A stretch of 37,725 nucleotides of DNA from a virus (lineage: Duplodnaviria; Caudoviricetes): the IMG/VR virus record IMGVR_UViG_3300040734_000006, positions 1-37,725 of that record; one strand, 5' to 3'. A program made the translations under genes and the position numbers. Under the pieces are notes generated by a model that saw nothing but the letters and a program-made list of their open reading frames with translations, made no database searches and had not been told where the DNA came from. Positions 26,543 to 34,595 of this stretch are shown in pieces (the first letter of the stretch is position 1; every line of letters begins with the position of its first letter).

Positions 26543-26887
26543 ATGGAACAACAAGCCTGCCTTACCACAAAAGATGTCGTCAATTTTTGCAACCAAATGC
26601 AAGAGTGCAAGGACGGCATCGCCAACCTTGAAAAATCAATCGAGGAAATTAAGAAAATTCTTGCCGACCAAACCAAAAAGTTTGACGAGTTTAAATCTTT
26701 CGCAAGGGATGACAACGCGGCAATGAACGCTCAATGGGGGGATAGGTTTGAAAAACAAAACGACGAAAACGAAAAAAGATTTTCCAATTTGGAGAATTGG
26801 CGGGCTCTCCTTACCGGAGCAATGCTAATCATCGCCGCGGTGGGGGGATTTTTTGCCCAAAGCGTATGGGCATTGATCGCCAAATAG
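26543..26887 (+). CDS. coiled-coil protein with C-terminal TM (possible lysis accessory)
   Basis: heptad pattern followed by ALLTGAMLIIAAVGGFFA. Confidence 0.55.
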   Translation: MEQQACLTTKDVVNFCNQMQECKDGIANLEKSIEEIKKILADQTKKFDEFKSFARDDNAAMNAQWGDRFEKQNDENEKRFSNLENWRALLTGAMLIIAAVGGFFAQSVWALIAK

Positions 26888-26912
26888 TTCTTTTAAAACG
26901 AGGTGGTATGAG

Positions 26913-27059
26913 ATGCTAAAAATAGCGTATTGCCGAGCCAATGCAATGGCCGTCCCGGACTGGATGCTGGAATCGTGCCAAAAGAAAGAATGCAACCAAA
27001 TCGCCTATATTTGCGAGGCGGATTTGATTGATATGTATCGAAAACAGGGGGAACTTTAA
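26913..27059 (+). CDS. 48-aa Cys-containing hypothetical protein
   Basis: GAGGTGG RBS; MLKIAYCRANAMAVPDWMLESCQKKECNQIAYICEADLIDMYRKQGEL*. Confidence 0.5.
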   Translation: MLKIAYCRANAMAVPDWMLESCQKKECNQIAYICEADLIDMYRKQGEL

Positions 27060-27161
27060 ATGACCTACGAGGAAATCCTGCGGGAATGGAAAGAACTTGA
27101 AGCCAAGCGCGTGCTTGACCGCTACGAAAAATTGCGCGGACAGAGGGAGCGCAATGACTGA
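27060..27161 (+). CDS. 33-aa hypothetical protein
   Basis: AGGGGG RBS, ATG immediately after upstream TAA. Confidence 0.45.
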   Translation: MTYEEILREWKELEAKRVLDRYEKLRGQRERND

Positions 27162-27300
27162 ATATGTTTGCGGGCTTACCGGCCAACGAATCAATAACAA
27201 CAAGTTAAAACATCGTTGCGCCGTGAGAAGCAAAACGCGAACAAGGGATTGCTTTTTCTTGAAACCAATCCCGCCTTTTTCCTTGCCGTGGAAAAATTAA
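27154..27300 (+). CDS. 48-aa hypothetical protein
   Basis: GAGGGAG RBS, overlaps upstream stop. Confidence 0.45.
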   Translation: MTEYVCGLTGQRINNNKLKHRCAVRSKTRTRDCFFLKPIPPFSLPWKN

Positions 27301-27410
27301 ACAAAAACCACGGCAAGGAAAAAGGGAGATTGTTGTCAATTATGGGTAGATTAGTTGCGAATAGGTTGTCAATGTTAAATAATACGTCACAATGCGAGTG
27401 GCGAAAATAT

Positions 27411-27635
27411 ATGTTAGAAGCAATTAAACAAATCAAAGGCACACGGCTTTTGATGTTTATGGTGATATTTGTGCTGGCGGGGTTGCAGGCGATAAACAAC
27501 CAAACGCCCAATGATTACATTGCGGCTGTAATATCCGTGCTTGGCATAATCAAATCATTGTTGCCGTCCAGCGATTTGGTGATTAACAATAATATCACCA
27601 ACGGCCCGGCGTCTGATGAAGTATCAAACAGATGA
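27411..27635 (+). CDS. holin-like 2-TM protein
   Basis: 74 aa with two hydrophobic helices at end of late operon; ATG 27411. Confidence 0.5.
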   Translation: MLEAIKQIKGTRLLMFMVIFVLAGLQAINNQTPNDYIAAVISVLGIIKSLLPSSDLVINNNITNGPASDEVSNR

Positions 27636-27796
27636 AATCCCGTGTTTGTTCCCAATGCCATCACCAAACATACATCGAAAAAGGCCGCAAGGTTTGCGAG
27701 AATTGCCAGATTAAATTATTTTTAGAGGATTATGGGGAAAAAGAAAAAGCCAAAATCGGGAGGTTGCAAAAAATAGGTGTAATTACACATATTTAA
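27632..27796 (+). CDS. 54-aa zinc-ribbon protein
   Basis: CSQC...CENC, ATGA overlap with holin-like gene. Confidence 0.55.
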   Translation: MKSRVCSQCHHQTYIEKGRKVCENCQIKLFLEDYGEKEKAKIGRLQKIGVITHI

Positions 27797-27846
27797 AAAA
27801 TAAAATTATAATGTTAAAATAAAATTGTTTTTCCTCCCAGAAAAAT

Positions 27847-27878
27847 ACCGAACCCCCGAAAGGGGGTTTTGGTTTCTT
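27847..27878 (+). terminator. intrinsic terminator closing the late operon
   Basis: ACCGAACCCCC-GAAA-GGGGGTTTTGGT followed by TTCTT. Confidence 0.75.
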
Positions 27879-27904
27879 GACAAAATCAAAAAATGCGATA
27901 TGTT
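27877..27904 (+). promoter_or_regulatory. sigma70 promoter P1
   Basis: TTGACA - 16 nt - TATGTT; inverted repeat TTGACAAA (27877-27884)/TTTGTCAA (27906-27913). Confidence 0.55.
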
Positions 27905-27924
27905 ATTTGTCAATTTAACATAAA

Positions 27925-28056
27925 CCCGTTGTGCCGAAAGGCATCACTCCGCAAGAGGTTGAGATGAACAATGGGGCTTGCTATAATCCTATACAGGGAG
28001 GTTGTTTTTAACGCACGACCTCTTGCAAAGCCCGCTGATTCATCTCGGCGGGCTTT
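27925..28056 (+). ncRNA. structured leader RNA (c4/CI-like antisense or attenuator candidate)
   Basis: P1 27925-27932/27968-27975, GCC-GAAA-GGC hairpin, two segments complementary to 28018-28026 and 28039-28046, 12-bp hairpin 28027-28056. Confidence 0.5.
27959..27987 (+). promoter_or_regulatory. sigma70 promoter P2 (extended -10)
   Basis: TTGAGA - 17 nt - TATAAT with TGn. Confidence 0.65.
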
Positions 28057-28064
28057 ACCATATC

Positions 28065-28529
28065 ATGGCGAATAAAAAAATTGGCAGCGTGGAAAGGTTT
28101 GCAGTGGGGGACTGGCGGTATTTTGTTGGGTATTGTTCGTATTGCAAGCGAAAACATTTTTTAACAAAAGATGAAGCAAAATTTTTTGCCGAAGAAGTTT
28201 CTATTTTTTGCGGTGTGAGAAAAAATAATTTTGGGATTTTTCTAAAAAAAATAAAAATTCCAAAAATAAAAATTACTATTGAAAAACAAAATGAATTTCA
28301 AGAATTAATCGATCCAGTTCCTATTGATATTGTGCAACACTCAAAAAAGAGGGTGGGCGAGCGTAATTTTGATAATCGATATAAAGAAAAAGGCGGTGTT
28401 CAATGGTTTAAAGAAAATATAGATTTAACTTTGCGCGAGATCGCCGAGCATTACGGTTTTTCAATCAATTACGCCAAAAGGGTGCGGGATAGTTTGACTG
28501 GCGGTAGCAATATGTTAGAATCATTATAA
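28065..28529 (+). CDS. putative DNA-binding regulator (CxxC plus C-terminal HTH)
   Basis: CSYC; LTLREIAEHYGFSINYAKRVRD helix-turn-helix; ATG 28065. Confidence 0.55.
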   Translation: MANKKIGSVERFAVGDWRYFVGYCSYCKRKHFLTKDEAKFFAEEVSIFCGVRKNNFGIFLKKIKIPKIKITIEKQNEFQELIDPVPIDIVQHSKKRVGERNFDNRYKEKGGVQWFKENIDLTLREIAEHYGFSINYAKRVRDSLTGGSNMLESL

Positions 28530-28541
28530 TAACGCAAAAAA

Positions 28542-28727
28542 ATGACACAACGAGAACGAACAACGCAAAAATACCGAATGCAGGCATACCGCACCCAAAA
28601 AAGATTGAGTGAATTTAGATTGATTATTTTTCAGTTAAAAGAAAAAGTGGCAAACAAAGAGGTTGTATTGAGCGAATCGGCGAATGATATTTTTTCACAC
28701 GCGCTAAAAATTGCGGAGCAAATTTGA
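28542..28727 (+). CDS. hypothetical protein
   Basis: 61 aa, A-rich leader. Confidence 0.55.
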   Translation: MTQRERTTQKYRMQAYRTQKRLSEFRLIIFQLKEKVANKEVVLSESANDIFSHALKIAEQI

Positions 28728-28737
28728 AATTATTTCC

Positions 28738-28780
28738 TGTGGATAACTCAACTTGACAAGGTAGTAGCATTTGGTAAAAT
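28738..28780 (+). promoter_or_regulatory. early promoter with adjacent DnaA box
   Basis: TGTGGATAA (28738-28746); TTGACA (28753-28758)-16-TAAAAT (28775-28780) with TGn. Confidence 0.7.
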
Positions 28781-28907
28781 GAAGTTGTTAGAGGAGTATA
28801 AATGGAATTGCCCCTTACGGGTTATTATTTTTTAAACCTATCTGTTGCACAATGTAGACACCGCAATCAGAAGGTTTAAAAATTAAAATCATCGTATTTT
28901 ACAGCGC

Positions 28908-28937
28908 AAAGCTGGGGGTAATTCCCTCAGCTTTTTT
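28908..28937 (+). terminator. leader terminator (attenuator) of early operon
   Basis: AAAGCTGGGGG-TAATT-CCCTCAGCTTT then TTT. Confidence 0.65.
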
Positions 28938-29002
28938 GTTTGGCGGCGGGGAGGGAAGCCGCCAAGCAAGGTCGAAAGCTCTGTAATTGTAAAGCCAAAA
29001 AA

Positions 29003-29095
29003 ATGAATACGATACTGTATCACATTGCCGAGGGATTATCCTTTTTTGGAGGCATAGCGGTGATTATGGGATTGTGGATTTTGGCAACCATATGA
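29003..29095 (+). CDS. 30-aa membrane peptide
   Basis: MNTILYHIAEGLSFFGGIAVIMGLWILATI*, ATGA-coupled to next ORF. Confidence 0.5.
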   Translation: MNTILYHIAEGLSFFGGIAVIMGLWILATI

Positions 29096-29274
29096 CAGCC
29101 GAAGATGAGCGCGAGATTGTTCGCGTGTGCGGTGCGGAGTATGATTTTTATGATATTCCGCCGGCGATTCGCAATCGCGAAAATGGAATTATTACGTGCG
29201 AGATTCCGATTCCGATAATTTCCCATCCGGCGAATAATGCCGAGGCGGATTATCTGGCGCGGTTGGCGCGGTGA
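29092..29274 (+). CDS. hypothetical protein
   Basis: 60 aa from ATG 29092. Confidence 0.5.
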   Translation: MTAEDEREIVRVCGAEYDFYDIPPAIRNRENGIITCEIPIPIISHPANNAEADYLARLAR

Positions 29275-29410
29275 AAAACGAAGCATATTGATGTTCCAAT
29301 CGAAGCGAAGTAGAAACGCGGAGCAATAATTAAGGGGTGCAAATGCAATGGGGTGATGATTGGTGAGCGGCACCGCTTACGCTTATCATCCCCTTACATT
29401 TCCTAAAAAA

Positions 29411-30352
29411 ATGATTCAACTAAGAAAAGCGGAGCGCAAACAGGCCAAACTAAGAATTAGTTTGTCTGGCGTTCCGGGAAGCGGCAAGACCTATTCAGCA
29501 TTGTTATTAGCTAAGGGGTTGTGCGGCGATTGGTCTAAGGTGGCGTTAATTGATACCGAAAACAAACGCGGCGATCTATACAGCGATTTGGGGCCTTATA
29601 ACATTGTAACGCTTGAGCCGGACTTTACGCCGGAAAAATATATTGAGTATATCGAGGCGTGCGAACAGGCCGGGATGCAGGTAATCGTGATCGATTCGAT
29701 GAGTCACGAATGGGACGGCAAAGGCGGATTGCTGGAAGCCAACGAAAAAACCGCCGCGACAAGATTTAAGGGTAATACTTGGGCGGCTTGGGGAGTTTCC
29801 AAACCGCGCCATCAAAGATTCATCGATAAAATTATTCAGTCGCCTTGCCATATCATTGGCACAATGCGGAGCAAAATTGAGACGATTCAAACTGAAGACA
29901 AAAAAATTAAAAAGGTGGGAATGAAAGATATTCAGAAGGACGATACCGCTTACGAGATGACGATTACATTCAATATCGAAAGAGAAGGACATTATGCGGT
30001 ACCAGAAAAGGACAATACCCATCTGTTTGATAAACGCGATCCGTTCATTATTGCCGAAAAGGATGGCGAGGCAATAAAAAAATGGAATGAATCGGGGGCA
30101 GTGGTGCCGGTTGATTATTCCAAAATCAAGGAGCAAATCTTTGACAATTTGGTGCGGATTGGCCAGAAGCCGGAAACCAAAGAACAAGCCGAAGCGATTA
30201 TTAAAAAAATCACCAAGCTGGCGTTGACCGAAAAAAATTACGAAAAGATTTTGGATCGGTTGCACGTCGTCGAAAGCGAATCAAAAAAGGTCGAAGAAAA
30301 GCAAGATTTAAGCGCGCGAATAAAATCTAAAATGGCGAAAGTCGCGGCGTAA
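29411..30352 (+). CDS. Sak4-like/AAA_24 P-loop ATPase (recombination)
   Basis: GVPGSGKT Walker A, IDTE, VIVIDSMSHEW Walker B; followed by nuclease and SSB. Confidence 0.85.
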   Translation: MIQLRKAERKQAKLRISLSGVPGSGKTYSALLLAKGLCGDWSKVALIDTENKRGDLYSDLGPYNIVTLEPDFTPEKYIEYIEACEQAGMQVIVIDSMSHEWDGKGGLLEANEKTAATRFKGNTWAAWGVSKPRHQRFIDKIIQSPCHIIGTMRSKIETIQTEDKKIKKVGMKDIQKDDTAYEMTITFNIEREGHYAVPEKDNTHLFDKRDPFIIAEKDGEAIKKWNESGAVVPVDYSKIKEQIFDNLVRIGQKPETKEQAEAIIKKITKLALTEKNYEKILDRLHVVESESKKVEEKQDLSARIKSKMAKVAA

Positions 30353-30356
30353 TATT

Positions 30357-31226
30357 ATGGCACAAATTACCATTCCATTTACGCTTTACGGCGGCAAGGT
30401 TATCGGCAGATTTGTCGAGAACAAAGAAACCGGATACCACGCGTATTTTGTGAGCGACGAAGAACGCAAGATCAAAAACGCGCGTCCGGCGGGCGTAACC
30501 ACCATTCTTGGAATCAAGGATAAATCGCGGGCGTTGATGCCCTGGGCAACCGGTCTTGCCCGCGATTATCTCGAACAGCTTGTATTGGAGGGCAAGACAA
30601 TATCCGTTCCGGATATTTATCAAGCGTGCGAGCTATACAAGGAGCGCAAAGAGGAAGCGGCGAATATCGGCGATGAAATTCATAATTGGTGCGAAAAATA
30701 TGTTAAATGGCGGATTGGATTGGAAGGGTTTGGCAAACCGGATATTCCCAAAGACAAAGCAATTCAATTAGGCGTTATCGCGTTTCTCGAGTGGGAAGAT
30801 TCGCACAAAGTTCAATTTGTTTCATCGGAAAGAATTATCTATTCAAGGCTTTACGGATATATCGGAAAAATGGATATTGAGGCGGTTGTCGACAGCAAGC
30901 TGGCGCTTGGAGATATTAAAACCGGCAACGGATTATACAACAGCGTTCGCGCGCAGACGGCGGCATATCTCAAAGGCGACGAGGAGGAATCGAAAAAGAA
31001 ATATGATACTCGCTGGGCGATCCGGTTGAGCAAGGAAACCAAAGAGGAATACGACAAAAGAATGCACAAAAAGGGACTGAAAGACTGGCCGGATTATCAA
31101 GTGTTTGAAGCGATGGAGTTTGCCGACGAAGCCGATCAAGATTTTCAATGGTTTTTAGACCACAAAGGAGTTTATGATCGCGACAAAGAAACCGATTTTT
31201 ATCGGTTAAAACAAAAAAAAAGTTAG
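30357..31226 (+). CDS. PD-(D/E)XK exonuclease (RecB/Cas4-like)
   Basis: GVTTIL, G.EIH, SE, YIGKMD, DIKTG, AQTAAY. Confidence 0.8.
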   Translation: MAQITIPFTLYGGKVIGRFVENKETGYHAYFVSDEERKIKNARPAGVTTILGIKDKSRALMPWATGLARDYLEQLVLEGKTISVPDIYQACELYKERKEEAANIGDEIHNWCEKYVKWRIGLEGFGKPDIPKDKAIQLGVIAFLEWEDSHKVQFVSSERIIYSRLYGYIGKMDIEAVVDSKLALGDIKTGNGLYNSVRAQTAAYLKGDEEESKKKYDTRWAIRLSKETKEEYDKRMHKKGLKDWPDYQVFEAMEFADEADQDFQWFLDHKGVYDRDKETDFYRLKQKKS

Positions 31227-31270
31227 GACAAATAAATATAAGTCCTAATTGACAAATAACAAAAAAAATT

Positions 31271-31744
31271 ATGCCAACAAAAACAGTTGAACAAATTAAC
31301 GCCGATTTACAATGGGTTGATGCCGAACGCAACGACGGTACTTGGAAGCCGGAAAGAGATGGAGATTTTTTGCAGGGTGAGTATGTTGGTTTTGAAGAAA
31401 CCAACAGCGGTAAAAAAATTTATACGATTGTGGACGGCACCGGCGAAAAAATAAAAATCTGGGGCGGGAAAATCATTGATAGTTATTTCAATCATAAGAC
31501 CGGCGTGAATATCGGCGAATTGGTGCGGATTACTTATCTTGGCCGTGTGATGATTGAAGGCAAATTTAACGATAAGGGTGAGCCGGCTTATTACAACGAT
31601 TACAAAGTCCAGCACACCCTCGGCAAAAGGCCGCAAAGCAAACTGCCGAAAAGTGAGCCGAAAGCAGTCGAATCAAAGCAAGCAAAAGTCGAAATCCTGA
31701 ATGATGAGGAAGAAGACATTGATCCCAAAAACATTCCTTTTTAA
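31271..31744 (+). CDS. single-stranded DNA-binding protein (phage OB-fold)
   Basis: WKPE..GD.LQGEY, GELVRITYLG, acidic tail ending IPF. Confidence 0.7.
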   Translation: MPTKTVEQINADLQWVDAERNDGTWKPERDGDFLQGEYVGFEETNSGKKIYTIVDGTGEKIKIWGGKIIDSYFNHKTGVNIGELVRITYLGRVMIEGKFNDKGEPAYYNDYKVQHTLGKRPQSKLPKSEPKAVESKQAKVEILNDEEEDIDPKNIPF

Positions 31745-31754
31745 TTGCAATTGC

Positions 31755-31876
31755 GCCAATCCCCCGCGATGGCGCGGGGGATTGGCAAAAATCAAATTCT
31801 GTGATTATCAGCTTGCCGGCGACTGGATCCGCGCCCAATTTCCGGCAAGCTGATAATCACAGGAACCGCGCCCAAT
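31755..31876 (+). promoter_or_regulatory. double-hairpin leader of replication initiator
   Basis: perfect 14-bp (31755-31786) and 21-bp (31799-31862) stems; CCGCGCCCAAT at 31829 and 31866. Confidence 0.6.
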
Positions 31877-31879
31877 ATT

Positions 31880-32659
31880 ATGCAATGGTTTAAATTTTAT
31901 GGTCAAGATTATTTGAGCGACCCTAAAATGCTCGCGCTTACCGCCAGCGAAAGAAGTTGTTGGATTACACTACTTTCTTACGCAAGTGTCAATGATAACG
32001 GAATGATAACATTTTTGTCCGAAAATCAGTTGATGATACAAGCCGGCATTGAGCTTAATTCGAATGAATGGGAAAAAACGAAAGGTGTTGTCAAAAAGTT
32101 AGAAAAATTAAAAATGATAACGCTTGATAACGCCGATGATAACGAAACCATACAAATTAAAAATTGGAAGCAGAGGCAAGAAATAAAGCTGACAGGATAT
32201 GAAAGAGTAAAAAAATATCGCGAAAAAAAGCGTAATGATAACGCAATGATAACGGATGATAACGCTGGTGATAACGCAATGATAACATCAGATAAGAATA
32301 GAATAGAAAAGAATAGAAAAGAAGAAATACTAAATACATGCGGCGCAAAATGCGCGCCGCGGGATGATCAAGATATTTTTAATATTATCAACGCATTCAA
32401 AATTGTGAATCCGTCTTACGCGAAGTATTTTAACAACGCTACCCAGCGTGGTGCCGCCAGAAGAATGATAAAAATTTATGGTAAGGATAAAATTTTACAG
32501 ATGATTGCAATTTTGGAAAAAACAAACACATTGCCGTATTTTCCAACGGTAATTACGCCGGCGCAATTGGAAGATAAATGGGCGATTTTAATCGCCAAAA
32601 TAAAACAAAAAAAAGTCGAGATGAATAACAACCAACCGGCAATAATTAAAATCCGATGA
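31880..32659 (+). CDS. phage replication initiator (replisome organiser-like)
   Basis: WFKFY..DYLSDPK N-terminus, ERVKKYRE, internal iterons and A/G-rich tract. Confidence 0.8.
   Translation: MQWFKFYGQDYLSDPKMLALTASERSCWITLLSYASVNDNGMITFLSENQLMIQAGIELNSNEWEKTKGVVKKLEKLKMITLDNADDNETIQIKNWKQRQEIKLTGYERVKKYREKKRNDNAMITDDNAGDNAMITSDKNRIEKNRKEEILNTCGAKCAPRDDQDIFNIINAFKIVNPSYAKYFNNATQRGAARRMIKIYGKDKILQMIAILEKTNTLPYFPTVITPAQLEDKWAILIAKIKQKKVEMNNNQPAIIKIR
31993..32330 (+). repeat. iteron array / probable replication origin
   Basis: TGATAAC at 31993, 32004, 32115, 32125, 32137, 32236, 32247, 32257, 32269, 32280, then purine-rich AAGAATAGAA tract. Confidence 0.75.
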
Positions 32660-32949
32660 ACACAAAAACACAAATTACTGATAAAACTTTCGCGATCCTT
32701 TACTGGAATGAAGATTACGACTGGGTGGATGAGAGAGAAGCAGAAATTATAAAACAGGCTCTTGCTCGCGGCGATAAATTTTTTGATCTTGGAAATGACC
32801 GGAACGCAATGTCATCCGTAGCAAGAATTATTTCCGGCGAAAAAATGAACTCAATTATCCGGCGCAAAAATGGAGAGAGGCAGTGCGGGGATTGTGGACG
32901 CTGGCTTCCAAAGGGATATACTTGCGGTTGCCAAGGCGGTAAATTTTAA
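32656..32949 (+). CDS. hypothetical protein with C-terminal Cys cluster
   Basis: ATGA-coupled to initiator; CGDC...CGC. Confidence 0.65.
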   Translation: MNTKTQITDKTFAILYWNEDYDWVDEREAEIIKQALARGDKFFDLGNDRNAMSSVARIISGEKMNSIIRRKNGERQCGDCGRWLPKGYTCGCQGGKF

Positions 32950-32963
32950 TTTTATATTATCAA

Positions 32964-33170
32964 ATGGAAGACATGTTCGAAAAAGCCGAAAAACAAAAAG
33001 CGCTTCGGAAGCTGTGGGAATCATTAAAAACCAAAGGTCTTTTTTCGCAGTTTGCGAATTATGAGGAATGGATAAACGATCGAGATCGCAAGTTGCCAGC
33101 GGAAAAAAAAGAAATTCCGATCGCGATTTTGGAAGCCGAATGCCGCGCGGCGACGGAAGCGGTAAAATAA
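32964..33170 (+). CDS. hypothetical protein
   Basis: 68-aa ORF in tandem array. Confidence 0.55.
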   Translation: MEDMFEKAEKQKALRKLWESLKTKGLFSQFANYEEWINDRDRKLPAEKKEIPIAILEAECRAATEAVK

Positions 33171-33478
33171 AATAAAAAATTATGACCACACAAGAATATC
33201 TGGCCGAACAAGAGCGTTTGTTCGATGACGCGAAAAATAACGATTGTCCGGCGCAAAATTGGAATTGCGAAAAAATAAAACAAAAAAATGGAAACAAAAA
33301 TCAAAGAAAAAACAATTAAGCAAACAATCGCCGGAGTTCCTTTCAAGGTTGTTTGCGGCGGTGAAGCGGGATTTAATCGCCATCAGCGACGGGCGTTTGA
33401 AGCGATAGCGCGCCGGTCGCCAAATTATAAAAAAAAGAAATTCCGATCGCGATTTTGGAAGCCGAATGCCGCGCGGCG
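33103..33478 (+). repeat. perfect 50-bp direct repeat (33103-33152 and 33429-33478)
   Basis: AAAAAAAAGAAATTCCGATCGCGATTTTGGAAGCCGAATGCCGCGCGGCG in both copies. Confidence 0.95.
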
Positions 33479-33482
33479 GTAA
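33288..33482 (+). CDS. basic hypothetical protein
   Basis: 64 aa, NRHQRR motif. Confidence 0.55.
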   Translation: METKIKEKTIKQTIAGVPFKVVCGGEAGFNRHQRRAFEAIARRSPNYKKKKFRSRFWKPNAARR

Positions 33483-33500
33483 AAAATTAACCACAAAAAA

Positions 33501-33722
33501 ATGACAATTAACGAAGCAACAAAAAAAATTAGCGATAAGTTTTACGAGGGTTCTGAAGAAGGTATCACCAAACAAGATTTAGATATTTTCATTTCCGACC
33601 AAATTAAAGAAGTGATGTTCGAGGGACAAGAAACATTCAAGAAAGTGGCCGAGGAAACCAAGCGCGAGCGTGATTGCGCGGAGGAGAAGTTGAAAACGAT
33701 TTTGGAAATAATCAAAAAATAA
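33501..33722 (+). CDS. hypothetical protein
   Basis: 73 aa, A-rich leader. Confidence 0.6.
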   Translation: MTINEATKKISDKFYEGSEEGITKQDLDIFISDQIKEVMFEGQETFKKVAEETKRERDCAEEKLKTILEIIKK

Positions 33723-33723
33723 T

Positions 33724-34185
33724 ATGCCGCAAGAAAAATGGGATGAGGAGTTAATAGAGAAACTTGCCGACATTGAACATCAACGATGGGCAGATTGGCA
33801 GAATTATGTCCACCAAAAACTTAAATATCGGGAGAGGATAAATCAAGGAGAAAGAACGGCTTGGTATGTTCTTGACCCGATATGGTATGAGAGATGGGAG
33901 AAACTGATAGACCAAGATTATTCCGAGTTGTCCGAAAAAGAAAAGGACAGCGATAGAGAACAGGTGGCAAGATACTGGTTGTTGATACAGGAAGTTCGCC
34001 GCCAAGCCAAACTGGAAACATTGGAGGAGGCGAGGGGGTGGATTGGGGAGGACAGTAATATTTGGGGAGAGCAGAAAGAGTTTAATGCGACACAGGCTAT
34101 TTTGAGGGGAATGGAACTTGCGGAAAATAAATTAAAATCCGACCTTCGCCAAAAAATAGATGAGGAGATTAAAAAACTAAAATGA
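33724..34185 (+). CDS. hypothetical protein with RyR-like motif
   Basis: LADIEHQRWADW...YSELSEKEKDSDR. Confidence 0.6.
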   Translation: MPQEKWDEELIEKLADIEHQRWADWQNYVHQKLKYRERINQGERTAWYVLDPIWYERWEKLIDQDYSELSEKEKDSDREQVARYWLLIQEVRRQAKLETLEEARGWIGEDSNIWGEQKEFNATQAILRGMELAENKLKSDLRQKIDEEIKKLK

Positions 34186-34349
34186 ACACCAAACCCAAAA
34201 CCCCGCCTAAAAACCCCCCGATCCTTTGCGCCAAGTGCGACAAGCGGCTGACTATCCGAATGGCCGAGGTCAAGCAGAGCTTTGTGTGGGAGGCGGGGAA
34301 ATACTTTTGCTTTGATTGCCGTATCGAGGCGGGTGAGGAGGAAAAATAA
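34182..34349 (+). CDS. 55-aa zinc-finger protein
   Basis: CAKC...CFDC, ATGA overlap. Confidence 0.55.
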   Translation: MNTKPKTPPKNPPILCAKCDKRLTIRMAEVKQSFVWEAGKYFCFDCRIEAGEEEK

Positions 34350-34370
34350 AAAATAAACCTAAATAAACCT

Positions 34371-34532
34371 ATGGAATCAAACCCAAAAGACGAAAAAACA
34401 TCAGGTTGTGAACATATCTTTACAATCAGCCACATTACTAATGAATGGGATTATACTGGCACACACGAAGACAGAATCGCTTATATTATTTGCCAGAAAT
34501 GTGGTTTAGTCAAAAGACAAAAAGTTGAATAA
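34371..34532 (+). CDS. 53-aa zinc-ribbon protein
   Basis: CEH...CQKCG. Confidence 0.55.
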   Translation: MESNPKDEKTSGCEHIFTISHITNEWDYTGTHEDRIAYIICQKCGLVKRQKVE

Positions 34533-34595
34533 TGTTTCAGGTCTACAATGCCCCCCAAAGCCTCCACGTTTGATGATTAAGATCAATAAAAAATT

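Noticed and set aside
30357-31226. Cas4-like nuclease as evidence of a CRISPR system
   Set aside because: No repeat-spacer array or other cas genes seen; sits in an ordinary Sak4-nuclease-SSB recombination module
33103-33478. 50-bp repeat as a DGR template/variable repeat pair
   Set aside because: Copies are identical, with no adenine-specific mismatches, and no reverse transcriptase is present
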